A stretch of DNA of 42,601 bases from Chiloscyllium plagiosum (lineage: Eukaryota), in NCBI RefSeq assembly GCF_004010195.1, contig NC_057758.1:1939542-1982142 (forward strand), written 5' to 3'. The notes under the pieces were generated by a model. It was given only the letters and a program-made list of their open reading frames with translations, did not search any database and was not told the origin of the DNA. Shown one piece after another: positions 12,270 to 25,809 of the stretch. Both the position numbers and the translations under genes were made by a program. Within the stretch, counting starts at the first letter, position 1; every line of letters begins with the position of its first letter.

Positions 12270-14353
12270 GTTTTGACGGGGTACGGTCTGGTCCGTCAAT
12301 AACAAAGTGTACTGCTTTGATAATGCCTTCACTTGCCAGCCTTCTGAATTCTATCTCTGCTTTAACACATAAGGCAAACGGCACTGAATGGGCCTTGCAG
12401 AATCATGGAACTGTTTGCTGGTCAACTACCCGGGTTCGCTTGGCTCATTTGATAGTCTTTAGACCATCCAGAAACGTCTTCGGGTTGTTTAATTAAAACT
12501 TCATTCAAGCAGTATTTTCCAACTAGAAACATATTGAGTCAATCAACGTACACTTTTCTGAACCAATTTCGCCCCATCAGTGTCGGACGTGAGTCTTTTA
12601 TTACAATCCGTGCTAACTGAAACAGTTGTTTCTCATACAAAACAAGAAAAGACGCTGAATGATGAATCTACACATGTTCTGGGTTTATCCCAGTTGTAAA
12701 GCAAACTTAATTGCTGGCCTCCCGAATGAATTTTGTGAAAGATTATTTCTGCAATCAGTAATCGAGCCGTGCCAGCATCACGATTCATTAGAATCGGGTG
12801 ATCATTTAACCAGACATTTATTTTGAATTGTTCTCATTTGTATGCCACAAAACAAATTCACTGTTCAAAACTAGGTGTCGATGTGTTTTTCAGGCTATGC
12901 ACTCTCCTGGATACAGACGTATGAGTTTTCTTCCTCATGATTGTTTGGGACTCTTTTGCTGTCTCGATTCGACACAATGGCAGCAAGGATTGGAACCTGA
13001 AGAATATGTTAATCCGTTTGGCTGAGGAATGGCTTTGTTTGTGGTTTTGCTGTGAGCAGGCCTAAAGTTCCTCTGTTTGGGATATATCCAAACTGAAGCT
13101 AGACAGTTGCCTTCACGCAAGTAGTGTCCCCCAAGCCTATTCAGTCTACCGAAGGTGTCTTCTGCCATCAGCATACCCAGTAACTCATAAGTACTAATTC
13201 CCGCATTTTATAATGACAAAGCCTGTTGTAATGACCGTTTCATGTCCAGTTGTGCGAAATAGGATGAGAGGTGACTTGATCGATTTATACAAGGTCATTA
13301 GAGGCTGGGATAGTCCCAGACGTTTTTCCCAAGGATGAAATGTTTATCACAAGGGGGCATAGTTTTATGGTAACAAAAGGAAGATTTAGTGGAGATGTTA
13401 GTGGTCGGTCTTCACCTAGAGCGTGGTGGTTGAATGGAATATACTGCCAGCAGTGGCCGTGAAGTCAGAAAAATTAGAAATAAATTAAGCGACTCTTGGA
13501 CAGCTAATAAAATGGAGGTTATGTAAGTTAATTTGATGTTTGAGTAGGATAAAAAGTCGGCAAAATTCGAGGGCCAGAGGCTTGTTCTGTGTTGTACTTT
13601 TCTATTTTCTATGTTGGATGTTTTTAGCTAGTAGGCGCCTGTGCCTGTTTCCATGGTTAAACCCACATACCAAACGGTGCCCCAGCATCTTCTTGAGATT
13701 TAACCCAATCGTAGTAATCTCGTCAATGGTGCCGATACATTCTCCCTTGCTTCTCAACCTCCCGGGGAAAACCGATAATGTCTCAGAATTAAAGGTGGCT
13801 TGGTGATCATTATGTTCATCAGCTAAATCTGTCAATTCTTAAAGGTTTTATTATCAGACGCCCTAGGAAACGTTAAGCTCCTAATCACTGAACCAAACGA
13901 GCGGAACAAGCTGTCAAGAGAATTACTCTTTGCTTTTCATCTGCCCCAATATCATGTGCTCATAAAATATAATTCAGTCTTTTCACATATTGGTCTCAAT
14001 CTTAATCAGCAGGATTGAATTAGTCAAGCTTTCCAAATAATTGCATGAGTCAGAAATGTGTACCTCAACTCCAAGCATGCAAGGGACTTGCATCAGGACA
14101 GCATTTCTTTTCCACTCATCGCTACGGAAATCATTCCACAAAAGCCAGTATCCTGTCACCAGTCATCCTCCATTTTCAAGTGAATTATACTTCTCACTGG
14201 TCGAACTTACTCAGAGTCAGCGGTCAGATTGAATACAATATCTGTTTTTTTTGCTCTTATGTGTCAAGCTCTATGATTTGGCCAAGTTAAAAACCCAATC
14301 AGGGAGTGCTATTCTGTGAGGTCCGCCTGGCCAAACTCTTTGCAAACATTACA
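12270..14353 (-). mobile_element. gag: Gypsy family A 5' part: LTR (14163-14353), PBS, gag, protease, start of RT; interrupted by a CR1
   Basis: PBS-like TGGTGACAGGAT (14150-14161, tRNA-Ser-type); gag ATG at 14046 'MQLFGKLD'; 'MLGHRLVCGFN...RRLLA' (13602..13835); protease region 'PILMNRDAGTA' and 'LMGRNWF'; 'KAHSVPFAL...EGIIKAV'. Confidence 0.8.
13250..13615 (+). mobile_element. CR1 3' fragment inside the Gypsy gag
   Basis: 'aggatgagaggtgacttgatcgatttatacaag' (RMRGDLIDLYK) and 'aagggggcatagtttt'; ends in a ttctat-type tail. Confidence 0.8.
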
Positions 14354-15384
14354 ATACTATGGAGCCGTTCACCTTGTTACTGTTGGCCGAGGTGATGGTT
14401 TGACTCCACTCTTGCTGTGAAGGCCACCGGCAATGACTGACTCACCAGAATCACCAAATTAAACACAGTTACGGCAGGGCAGAAAACCTTTCAGACCGAC
14501 TAACTAGCGCTGGACCTAACCTTTCGTGCCAATCTCCTGTCTTTTCCTTTATATCCCTTGAACACCACTTCTAACCAAATCAGAATCCAATTCCCCTCCT
14601 GAATGCTCTCAATCGAAACTGCCTCCATCATATGTCCAGGAATTGCATCTCACACGCCAATTCCTCACTAAATGAACGTGTGTTTCCCCATACCACCCTA
14701 GTTCTGTTTGCTCTGCTTTAAATCTTTGCCCCTTTCTCGTTTGTGTTACTTTTTCCGAGGGGGAAGAGCTTCTCCATGTAAAGTTCAAGTTTATGCATTC
14801 AGGTTCAACGGGTAATACAGAAGACAAATTGAATGTGGGTCTATATTTCAAAGGGATGGTATGTCAATGTAGTTTGCTTAAGCTATACTGGCGCTAGTCG
14901 GACGACTGCTGAAATTGTGTGAATAGATTTAGTCTTCTTATCTGATAAAGGGTGATTTTATGGCTGATTCATGAGCATGTGTACGCGATAGGTTAAGGTT
15001 AGGATTCGTAGGAACAGTTGCACGGGAAGGATTAATTTTAAAATGCACTCCTGGAGCATGAGCATTGTGTCGGTCCAGAATTTATTATCCATCCCTCATT
15101 TTAGTAAGTTCATTGTCTACAAGCCCAAATATATTTAACCGGCTCCTCTCTGTGCAGTAATTCTGAACAAACGACGTTGCAATCTAACATAACAACCACT
15201 CTCGCTTTTCACGTTTCATTCTTGTTTCCCACCTGAGCAAACTGCGAGTGAATGCTGAACACCCACTGAGAGTGAAAGAACAATTAGACAAGATCTTTAT
15301 CATTGCATGAGGGTTATTCATATTGATAGGCTAATGGATAAAATAGAAGATCGTGGAGGGATGCGTTTCATATTGGTAGTTGTC

Positions 15385-18300
15385 GTGAAGGAAAGAACAA
15401 AGGCCTTTGACACTCCAAACCTGCATCTTTCCAGAATCTCTATCTGAACCTGTCGCCTTTTTTCCGAAGGATCTGTACCCATCTGCTCTCTGCCCATTTA
15501 TGCACTTGTCTAAATCCAAATTAAGTGACGCTATCGTGCCTGCTTCTACCACCTCTGCTCACAATGCATTCCAGGCACCCACCAACTCTGTGTAAAGAAC
15601 GTTCCATGTACATCTCCCTTAAACATTTCGCCTATTGCCTTGAGCTTGTAATCTCTAGTAATTCAATTCCCTACACTGGGGTAAAGTTTATGGCTATCCA
15701 ACCTGTCTATGTCTTTCGTGATTTCGTCGACCTCAATCAGGTTCCCGCTCAACATCCGTCTCTCTAATGAAAGTAATCCTAATCTATTTACCCTCGATTC
15801 ACAACCTGCGCCCTCCATAAAAGACGGCATCCTGAATGAACCTCCTCTTCATCCTATCCAAAACATCCGCATCCTTTTGCAATGTGGCAACCCGAAACAT
15901 ATGCAGCAAACCAAATATGATCTAACCAAAGTCCTACACAACTGTAACTTGACCTTCCTTCACTTGCATTCAGTACCTAGTCCGATGAAAGAAAGCATGC
16001 CATATGCTTTCTTGACCACTTTATCGTGCTGCCTTGCTGCCTTCAGCTTCCAATGAACTTCAACACGGAGCTCTCTCTGTAGATCAATTTCCCCAGGGCT
16101 TTTGCAATTACTGTATAGTTCGCACTTGGAGTGAATATTCCGAAATGCATCACCTCGAATTTTCCCGGTTTGAACTCCATCTACCATTTCGCTGCCCAAC
16201 TCTTTAATGTATTTATATTCTGCTGCCTGCTCCGACAATTCGCTTGACTATCTATAACTCAACAAATCGTCGGATCATCTGCAAACTTGCTAATGAAACA
16301 ACCTATACATTCCTCCAGATTGTTTATGTTTCTCATAAACAGTAAAGATCCCAACACGGATCCCTGTGGAACACCACTGGTCAAAGTCCTCCATTTTAAG
16401 AAACTCCCTTCCACTACTAATCTTTGTCTCCTGCTGCCCAGCCAGCTCTCTGTCCTTCTTCCGACAACAACCTGGACCCATTGCGAATTCACTTTCTCCA
16501 TCAACCTACAATAGGGAACGTTATCAAAGTCCTCACTGAATTTTATGTGTATGTCATCCGCAGTCCTTCCCTCAGCAACCATTTATTTGACTTCTTCAAC
16601 GAATTTTATTAAGTTGGTAAGACATGACCTTCCCTTCAAAAACTATTTTTTTCTATCACTCATTGCCAATTTCCTTACAAACTTAAAGAAATACTTTCCC
16701 TCAGTATATTCACAGCTGGCGCCCTCCATAATAGGCGACATCCTGAATGAACCTCCTCTTCATCCTATCCAAAGCATCCGCATCATTTTGCAATGTGGCA
16801 ACCCGAAGCATACACAGTATTCCAAATATGGATTATCGTGCTACACTCCTTAATAAATGAGCATTAGCAATCCTCCGGCCGTCCAGGACGTCACCCGTGT
16901 TCAATGATGCTGCAAAAATATATATTAAGGCCCCAATTATTTCCTCTCTCGCTTCACTCAGTCACGTGTGACAGATCGTATTAAGACCCGGGGACCTGTT
17001 CACCTTAATGCCTTTCAGGACATACAATACTTGCTCCAACTTATGCCCACTTGAACTAAAGTAATCAAACATCTATCACTAACCTTAGCATCCATCATGT
17101 CACTCTCCTTGATGAATCACCATGCAAACTTCGATTTAAGAATCTCACACATTTTCCTGAATAGAAACATACCTCTCCTCCTTTGATTTTGAGTTAGCCA
17201 ACCCTTTCTAGATTTGCTTTCTTTCTCCTTACATATGAATAAAACGCCTTGGGAGCTTTGTAATTCTGTTTGCTGAAGATATTTCATAACCCCCTTCAGC
17301 CGTCTTAATTCCTCGTTTTACATTGATCCCATTCTCCCGATGTTTCTCCAAAATGTGTCAGTTTTCCGTCACCTAGACATTATGTATGCTTCCTTTTCCC
17401 TTTTAGCTAGTGTCACAATTTCACTATCATCCATGATTGCCTAATCTTGCTTTTCCTATCCCTCATTTTCTCGGTGACGTGTCTGGTCTGCATTCAATCA
17501 ACTTCTCCTGGAAAGCATCCCAATGGCAAATGCGGATTTTCCCCTCTAACAGCTGATCCCAATCCACATTCCACATCTGCTGCCGAATTTTGGTATCGTT
17601 GATCTTCCCTTAGTATAGCAGTCTTCCATTCTTACCACTCTCGTCCATGAGTATTATGAAACTTCACGAATTGTGATCGCTGTTCCCTAAGTAATCGCCC
17701 ATTGAAATTTCAAAAACCTGGCTGGGTTCATTCCCCAGCACGTGGTCCAGTATGAACCCTTCCAGAGTTGGACTATTTACATTTTGCTCGATGAAATCCT
17801 CCTGGATGCTCCTTACAAATTCTCCTCCATCGCGACCTGTAACACCAAGTGAATCCTAGTAAGTGTTTGAAAAGTTAATATCTCCTATCACATTCACCCG
17901 GTTCCTCCTACATATTTCCATAATCTGTTTACATATCAGTACCTCTATCTCACGCTCGCTATTGGGAGGCCTGTTTTACATTGGAAGCATTGTTAACGAA
18001 CCCTTTCTATTAGTGATCTCTTCCCATATTTCCTCAATGCTAGAGTCTTCCATAGTGTCCTCCTTCAGCACAGCTGTGATATTCTTTCTGACATAATGCA
18101 ACACATGTACCTCTTTTACTTCCGTCTCAACACTGCCTGAAGCATCTATATCCTGGGATATTTAGTTGCTAATTATGCCCTTCTTCGTAATAGCAATAAC
18201 ACCATAACCCAGGTATTAATCCAAGCCATTAGTTTATTTGCCTTACCTACGACCATTCTTGCCTTAAAACAAATGCACCACAGAACACCTGTCCTTTTGC

Positions 18301-19150
18301 GTTCATCATCTTCTCCCTGCCTACTGTTGCCCTTAGTCAGGCTGACGTCATTATCTAGTAACCTGGCTATTGCTGCTGTATCTTCGTGAGCTACCTCCCA
18401 TAACAGTAAACCAAACCGTATACCTGTTTTGGAGAAAGATCAGCTCACGGGATACCTGCTCTGCTTTCATGCTCTTTCTCTGCCATTTGGTCACCCTTTG
18501 CCTTTTTTTCCCTCAGCATTCTTAATCAACGTTGTGACCAATTCACTAAACATGTTATTCACGAACTCAGCATCGTGGATGCTCAAAAGTATGCCCATCC
18601 CCAGCTCCATAGACACCATGCAATCTAACAAAAGCTGCATCCGGGTACATTTCCTGCACATGTAGGAGTCAGGGACATCAACTGCGCCCCTGAGCTCCCA
18701 CAGTGACCAAGAGGAGCATAATACAGGTCAGAGATCTCCTGCCATTCTTACTCTTAAGCTTAAAAAAAAAGCTATAATATCAAATAATAGGTAAATGAAA
18801 ACAAAGAGGAAATAAATAAATAAATAAGAGAAAATCCAATCACATGATAAAAAAGATATACAACTTCCTTGGTTTGACGAGGACGGCGGGTGGGAAACAC
18901 ACACATGTGCACTGACTTGGGTACAGCCACTGCCGAAATATATCAGTTCACTCACATTGCCAGAGCGCAATTCGATTGCTCCAACTTAGCTCCTCCCTCT
19001 CACCACTCCTGATGTTTCTGCAAAATAGAGGCTGCTGACTCTTGTCTCTTCCTCTACAGAATTTGTTTTTCTTCTTGGCAGCCTCGCTTATACCGCTCCG
19101 GTATCTGCTTCAAAATTAAGGCCGCTAACTCTCGAGGTTGTCATGGAAAT
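15385..19150 (-). mobile_element. Near-full-length decayed CR1 LINE (5'UTR, ORF1, endonuclease-RT ORF2)
   Basis: RT 'TSGVPQGSVLGSLLF...ISKFADD' (16259..16582) and 'KVVKKAYGMLSFI' (15960..16238); ORF1 start at ~18745 'MAGDL*PVLCSSWSLWE...PDSYMCRKC' (zinc-finger-like). 5' boundary approximate. Confidence 0.85.
16708..16829. repeat. ~120-bp direct copy of 15797-15918 inserted into the same CR1
   Basis: gcgccctccata...catcctgaatgaacctcctcttcatcctatccaa...gcaatgtggcaacccgaa...ccaaatatg is present at both positions. Confidence 0.9.
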
Positions 19151-19744
19151 TAAATCGATTCGACTCAACTGCTAGCAAGAGCTGAGAAAAAGCTTTATTT
19201 TTAACCCTCTGCTTGCAGGCCCAATACACTTGGTAAAATGCCTTGTGCAAAGTCCATGAACAAAATTCACATCTTCCTTTTATACCATTCTTATCACACG
19301 CTCAAAGACAAGGGCTGCGAGTTCTTATTTTCTTATTCGCTTACTGTGGACATAGCTGCCTTTATGTTTTCCTTCGCTCTTTTGCTGAATTCGACTGCTT
19401 GCATGGCCATGTTGAATGTTTACCAGTTCAGCAAAGACAAGCTGTCTCCTCAACTGCAGAATTCAGCAGGAATGTTTGCAAAGTTCAGAACAGTATTAAA
19501 TTTAGCAAGGCATTCTCTTTCAGATTACACAGTAAATGGTAATTCTGTTCATTTTCCATTACAAGGTAAATCATTTTCAAGGGAAATTTACTTTCCCGGC
19601 AGACCCCAGTTCTCACTGTCACTGCTTCCGCTGCTGCTGTAAAATGGACACCAATGCTTGTATTGGTGCGAAAGTTTGTCTTGTTAATCACCAATTGACA
19701 AGCAAACTACTATGAACGCTCGAAATCAGAAATGAGCTCTGGAC

Positions 19745-19910
19745 AGGACTGTGGATCAGTGGTTCGCACTGCTGCCTCAAAACACCATGCAGTTGGGTTC
19801 GATTCCATCCTTGGGCGACCATCTGTGTGACGTTTGCACATTCTCACCGTGTCTGCATAGGTTTCCTCTGGCACTCCAGTATTCTCTCACACTCCAAGAC
19901 GTGCAGGTGA
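19745..19910 (+). mobile_element. Degenerate SINE 5' part
   Basis: 'cagtggttcgcactgctgcctca...gggttcgattcca...tttgcacattctcaccgtgtctgc'. Confidence 0.75.
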
Positions 19911-19914
19911 AAGT

Positions 19915-20302
19915 ATGTCTTTGTCCCAGTGTTGAGTCATACTTGTTTCCACCTTAGTTCAGGCAATGCATCAAAGATGTGAGGATAAAGCCTGTCTGTG
20001 TCTCAGTGTTGAAATGGCACCTATTGTTGGAAACGCTAAAGCTATCTTGAGAATGTAACTTAAAAGCATTTCTGGGTTTACGTATGAAAGAACCGTAACC
20101 AACATATCCCATTCAAAAATATGACAGACTTTAACTAAATGTGTTTAATATATCATTACAGCTTCATGACACTGTAACCCGTTTGCTGTAAATTCTGTGT
20201 CTTATAATGTTACACTGCATAAACACCTGATGAAGGAGCAGCGCATCCAAAACTAATGAACGTGTTGAACTATAACCAGGTGTTGTATGTTTTTAACTTT
20301 GA
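19915..20302 (+). mobile_element. Penelope-like element 3' fragment
   Basis: Terminal 'cacctgatgaaggagcagcg...gttgaactataaccaggtgttgtatgtttttaacttt' resembles PLE ends (CTGATGA core). Confidence 0.55.
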
Positions 20303-20539
20303 TTTGGTAGTAGAGAGATAATTCTAGTGTATCCTTCGTGATAGATTTATTCATGGGAATTCCAAACAGAACAATGTAACAAGTCCTTGTCGAAAACATT
20401 TCAGGGATTACAGGTGTAACCTGTTCCAAATGTCCTGACCTTATTTGCCTGTGAAGCAACAACATTAGAGAACAAAAGCATCAGGAAGGTAGACAGATGG
20501 TGGAACAGATACATCAGGAGAGATTGGATCAGTTAGTAT

Positions 20540-20950
20540 TATATTAATTGATATCTATAAAATTGCGTGATTGTGTGGATGGATCTGAAAGAAACCATTA
20601 ATTTTCTAATGGTATGTTACAGTTTAGATACCGAAAGGATGTTTCCGATGACTGGGAATGTCAATACAGTCACTGTCTAATGATACTGGCTATGTTATTT
20701 AGGACTGAGATGAGAATAATTTATTTCACCCAGAGATTGGCGAATTCTGTACTACAAGAAACTGATCAGATTAAAACATTGAAGACATTCAAGAAAGGTG
20801 TGAACATTTCGAGTGACGAAAGGGCATGGGGACAAAGCAGTATCACTGTACAGATTTGTTTGAGTAGCTATAACAATTCTTAATAGTAGAGCAGGTTGAA
20901 AAGGCCAAATCGCCTTCTCCTGCTCCAAATTCCTTATAGCTATGTTCCAA
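20540..20950 (+). mobile_element. Degenerate CR1 3' fragment
   Basis: 'ttaggactgagatgagaataatttatttcacccagaga' (RTEMRIIYFTQR); tail 'ctcctgctcc...ctatgttc'. Confidence 0.7.
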
Positions 20951-21241
20951 AACATATAACATTTATGTTTCTATCTTTTGGAGAGTATTTGATGTGATTT
21001 GGGTTTTTTAAATATACTTCAACTAAAAATAAAATATTTAGTGTATATTTGGATTTGGAGTGAAATTATTTGATTGTCTGTTTTCTTTGGTTTATTCTAA
21101 TTAAAAACAATTGCTTTTTAACCAGTTTAGTTATCGCACTGGTACTTTAGATCAATATAAAAAGGTGATTGCATGAAATACATCATTGCTTGGCTGCAGT
21201 CAGAATCGTTGATTCAACATCATCGCAGCTTACTTGTAAAA

Positions 21242-24200
21242 ATGGAGCACTCGGTAATCTTAATAGATAGAACGTATATATTACCCCATTCTGGCAGTTG
21301 TCGGTGTTATTGGTAACGGTTTCACTACGCTGTTTATTATTACCGATAATATTTAACTGTACGATCCTGTTTATGATTAAACTTTAATGTACTCAGGAGG
21401 CTTCATTCTTTTCGAAGCCAAACATTTTGCCAGAGGCTGGAACATCTTTTTTCTGTCGACCGAAACTTATGAAACTAAATTCGCAAACAATGTAAATGAT
21501 CTTGAATCCAAACTGAAGCATTTGTTCTGAATGTCCCTGTTTGGTAAATACCATGGCATCTATTAGTAAAATGTACAGTTGAATTCGATAATAAATATCT
21601 GACGGTGTCTATGACCTTCTTATTATTATTAGAAATGCATGCTACTGTTGCTTAGACGTCAATGTAAGCCGATAGGTGATTACATTTCCTTGATACCGGT
21701 CTTTTATATGTCTGGAGATTACCTTATATAAACACAACTTCCGATTCTTGTTGACCAACTGAACCTGCTCTCATTTGGTGCAATTTTGAATGACTATAAT
21801 CTGAGTATACTGAGCAGCATTTTTTTACAACATTTTAGTGTGTCATTCAAAACTGACACAGAAGAAGTTATGTTCACTAGCCTCAAGCAATCGATGTCAT
21901 GTTTCTTTTCCACTGGTTCAGTTAGTGACAACTGTTATTATCTTGGACAAATATTCAAACTACATTTTATCTGTTGCTAGATGGAATGTATTTATATGAA
22001 ATGAATGTTCGAATTATCTTCCGATGATTTGGTAAAAATGTATTGAGATAGGTCTATGTTTGATTGTGTGCATTATCTGACATTTCGTTTAATTAACAAC
22101 AATGTTACAAAGTAGACACTGCGTACAATATGAAGCTGATCAAAAAGCTACTGTTTTTACAGTCATTCAATATGATTTTGCGCCCTTGCTTGTTTCATTG
22201 AGATACATGTGACTTTCCTCTCGCATGTTTATAAGGCACGCTCAGTCAGTAAATAATTCATCATCATCTCTACTGTTAATTGCAAATAAAAGTAAATGAA
22301 AGTTACTTCTCTTAAGACAATTGTTTAGTCAACGTGAAATCGAACTAAAGACTTGTTACAAATCTCTTCCTTTCCACTTTTTCAGAAATATAGTTATCCA
22401 TAGATATAAACGTATTTGTATTTTACCAAGATCTCTGCTTCCCTCTTTCTGTTTCAATTCTATCAACAATTTCCCCGTGGATGTAAAAGAAAACAAAATT
22501 AAATGCTGAAGCAACGTTGATTATTCACGCAGAAATTTGTTTCACCTTTCTGTAAACTGAACTGTTAACCTTTCAGTAGGAGAAAATAAGGACTGCAGAT
22601 GGTGGAGATCAGAGTCGAAAAGTGTGATGCTGCAAATGTACAACCGGTCAGGCAGCATCCGAGGAGCAGGAGAGTCGACATTTTGAGTATCGGCTATTCG
22701 TCTGGAATAAGAGGTGGCCAAAGGGGGCTGAGAGATTAATGCGAGGGGATGGAGTTGGGGGGAAGGTAGTTGGAAATGTGATGGGTAGATGGGTAGAGGG
22801 GCTGATGGCGATACGTTGGAAAGGAGCATGGAGCAGTAGGTTGGAAGGAAGATAAAAGGTAGGGCAGTTGAAAAAGTCCGTGCTGAATTGAAGGTTCGCT
22901 CTCAGATAAGGTGGGAGGAGGGGAAATGAATAAACTGTTGAAATCTACATTGATCCCATGTGGTTGGAACGTCCCAAGGTGGAAGGTGATGCATTCTTCG
23001 TCCAGGGGTCGGGAGGCGAAAGTTCGATGGTAGAGGCGGCCCAGGACTTGCATACTGTTGGCAGAGTGGCATAGAGCATTAAAGTGTTCAGCTCCAGAAC
23101 CGTGGGTTCTTAACTGCATAAAGTTTCAGAATCCTATGTTGGGTCCATGGCCCTCATCAAACCACTCTCCACTCATGTTACTTCCCCTTGCCAACGCAAG
23201 AAGTGCAAAACCTGCCCCTCTATCTAATTCCCCAAAGGATTCTTGCAAATCAGTCAGGTATTTACGATTACTTCGACACCTATCATCGACGGTGTCTTTT
23301 TCTCTTGGTGTGGTCTCCTCTGCATTGGGGAGACAGGGCGCTAAATAGTGGAATGTCTCAATAAAAATATCTGCACCGCACATACTAAAAAATCCCACCA
23401 CCCTATAGCTGAACACTGTAAACCCCCCTCCCTCTCCTCCAACAACATACGTGTCCTGGGCCCCCTCCACCTCCAAACTCTAGCCACTCGATGCCTGTAA
23501 AAAGAATGTATCATCTTATGAATTGGGACTCTCGAACCACACGGGATCAATGTAGATTTCATAAATTGCTTCATTTTCCCTCCACCCACATTATCCTGGC
23601 ACCAACCGTTCAATCTGAACCAACCTCTTGAACTGTCCTAGATTCCATCATACTTCCCATCTATCTACTTCACCATTTTTTCCAACCTATCATCATTATA
23701 CCCACCTCCATATACCTATCGCATTCCCAGTTATCTTCCCCCAGCCCCATTCTCTCCCATTTATCACTCAGCCTCCTTGGTCGAAACCGTCATTCCTGAT
23801 AAAGAGATTTTACTCGAAACGTTAACTCTCCTGCTCCCCAGATGCTGCCTGACCAGCTGTGCATTTCTATCACAACAGTCTTCGTCCTTGATTTGAAACC
23901 AGATATAAAATTTGTGAGAAAGTACACTTTGCGGGTACAAACCAGAGGATGTTTCTTTCAATGAATAATGTAAACCAAGTGATGTTCAATCTGATGCTAT
24001 ATTTTTCATTTATGTACGCCCCTTCTCCTCCATTTGGTAAGTTTGACTTTTTCTCCAGTAAAAGCCTTTTGCAATTTCGCACTTCATATATTCTCTTAGA
24101 TATACGCAGCTCCTCAACGTTGTTAATATGCTTGTTTACTTCGCCCAACTTCCAGCCCGCCACTTCCAAAATTGATTGAAAACACGTGATGGGCATATCT

Positions 24201-25734
24201 GATGAGGAGTGAACTGGGGGATCCTGGTCAGTGTCACAAGCAAAGCAACTTAAATATTGCTTTCCTCCTTACTTATACCCCTTCAAAATTAATTCTCATT
24301 ATATCAGGTCCTGTGAAAATATGGGTACTTGATTAGTTGACTTCTATTCAAAGCTGTATTTTATATATCTTCTCTCCATTTAATCCCCAATTAGGAGTCT
24401 GGTAAATCTGTTTTTTTCAAATAACTGTCAATTGGTTTCACGAATAAATGAACGTCTTTTCTCAGTTTCTGAACTCATATGAGTAGCTTTATTCTATGCT
24501 TATTTTCCTTTATGAAATAACTTGTGATATGTTCGAAAATCTCAAAACGGACTTTAGAATAAATGAGTGAGGATGTATGTCCCATTTATTCTTCCAAAAA
24601 AACATAATGTAGTTACAGATGTTATTCACCTCTCTCATTCAATTTACTTGTTGGTTTTATGTGGGTATTCATTTTCTTTTATTAACTTTGTATTGTTAAT
24701 TGCAAGATAGGCTTGAATTATATATCATTATTTCATAGTTTTGATTATTCACTACCAATTGCTCTCTTTGTGGCAGCAGCAAAAACAAATGGTGGTGTTC
24801 CGTGATATTTTTTTCGTTTAGTTAACGTAATGAAAATCGTAATACTGAATCGAGGAAACTGCAGCCTCTCCAAATTCATCACGTGCTACATGTTGGCAAT
24901 GTCTGCAGCAGATCTAATACTAGTCATTTTCGATGTCCTACTGAACAGAATTAACAATATTCATTTTCTACTCGCACTTCTGTACATAACTCCTCTGTTC
25001 AGTCAGAATTGTCCTGTTTGCTATGGCCCTGGATTGTTCTGTTATGTTCACGGTTGCTTTCACATTTGATCAATTTATGGCCATTTGTTGTCTGAAACTA
25101 AGGTAATGATACTGCAACAAGATAATGGCAAAACTGGTTATAGGAGCTGTGAGCGTTGTAAGTTGTTTACGCTCAATTCCCTGGTACTTTGTATTTGTCC
25201 CTTCTTTTGTTATTGATAATGTGCCATGGTTTTGCGTCTTGGCACCAGAATTTTCTACTGCATTCTGGACAGGATATGAATGTATTCATAGTATTATTAC
25301 ACCTTTGCTTCAAATAATATTCATTCTAGTTGTCAACGGTCTCACTGTCAAAAATATAATTGTCACCAATCAAGCCCGCCTGCGTCTCCAGGATTATGGA
25401 AAAAGTCACAGTCGAATCGATCCAGAAATTGTAAATCTTAAAAAAAAAATCCATAAATTTGCCCTTCACTTTATCTGTTAATTTTATACTGTTGTGGATG
25501 ACAAATGTAGCACATTCCATGGGCTGGCAAAATGTAAACTATAACTATGAAGACAAGACATATAATCATTCAATATTTGTTTTTCAAGAATTTGGATTCA
25601 TGCTGAGACTTCTCAGTTCTTGTACAAATACATGCATTTATGCTCTAACCCAGACAAAATTCAGAGAGAAATTAAAGAATGGACTGAAGTATTCATTTCA
25701 TGTCCTTCCACATTATGCAAATGAACAGAGTTAA
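21242..25734 (+). pseudogene. GPR139/GPR142-like class A GPCR pseudogene, two exons (21242-21312 and 24822-25734)
   Basis: Exon 1 'MEHSVIL/IERIYYPILAVVGVI' with phase-1 donor g|gtaacg; acceptor ttttcgtttag|tt gives in-phase 'VNVMKIVILNRGNCSLSKFITCYMLAMSAADL'. TM3 'DCSVMFTVAFTFDQFMAICC'; TM7 'LLSSCTNTCIYALTQTKFREKLKNGLKY'. Lesions: exon 1 frameshift, frameshift ~24993, TAA TGA at 25104-25109, A-run frameshift ~25440. Confidence 0.85.
22580..23900. mobile_element. Penelope-like element (GIY-YIG 3' region), inverted pair: 22580-23105 (-) and ~23130-23900 (+)
   Basis: + arm encodes 'PCQRKKCKTCP' and 'LCIGETGR' (YIGET-like). The - arm is the reverse complement of ~23400-23890 (ggcagcatccgaggagcaggagagt / actctcctgctccccagatgctgcc). 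Confidence 0.75.
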
Positions 25735-25809
25735 ATGATCCGAAATTAGAGCTTTTACTTCATTCCTGCAATGGAATCATTTCAGTATTCGTTCTCATCT
25801 GTCCACTGA

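Noticed and set aside
24830..25734. Three separate small genes, or a functional GPCR hidden by sequencing errors
   Set aside because: The three ORFs are frameshifted parts of one exon. Two adjacent stop codons and non-homopolymer frameshifts argue for a real pseudogene.
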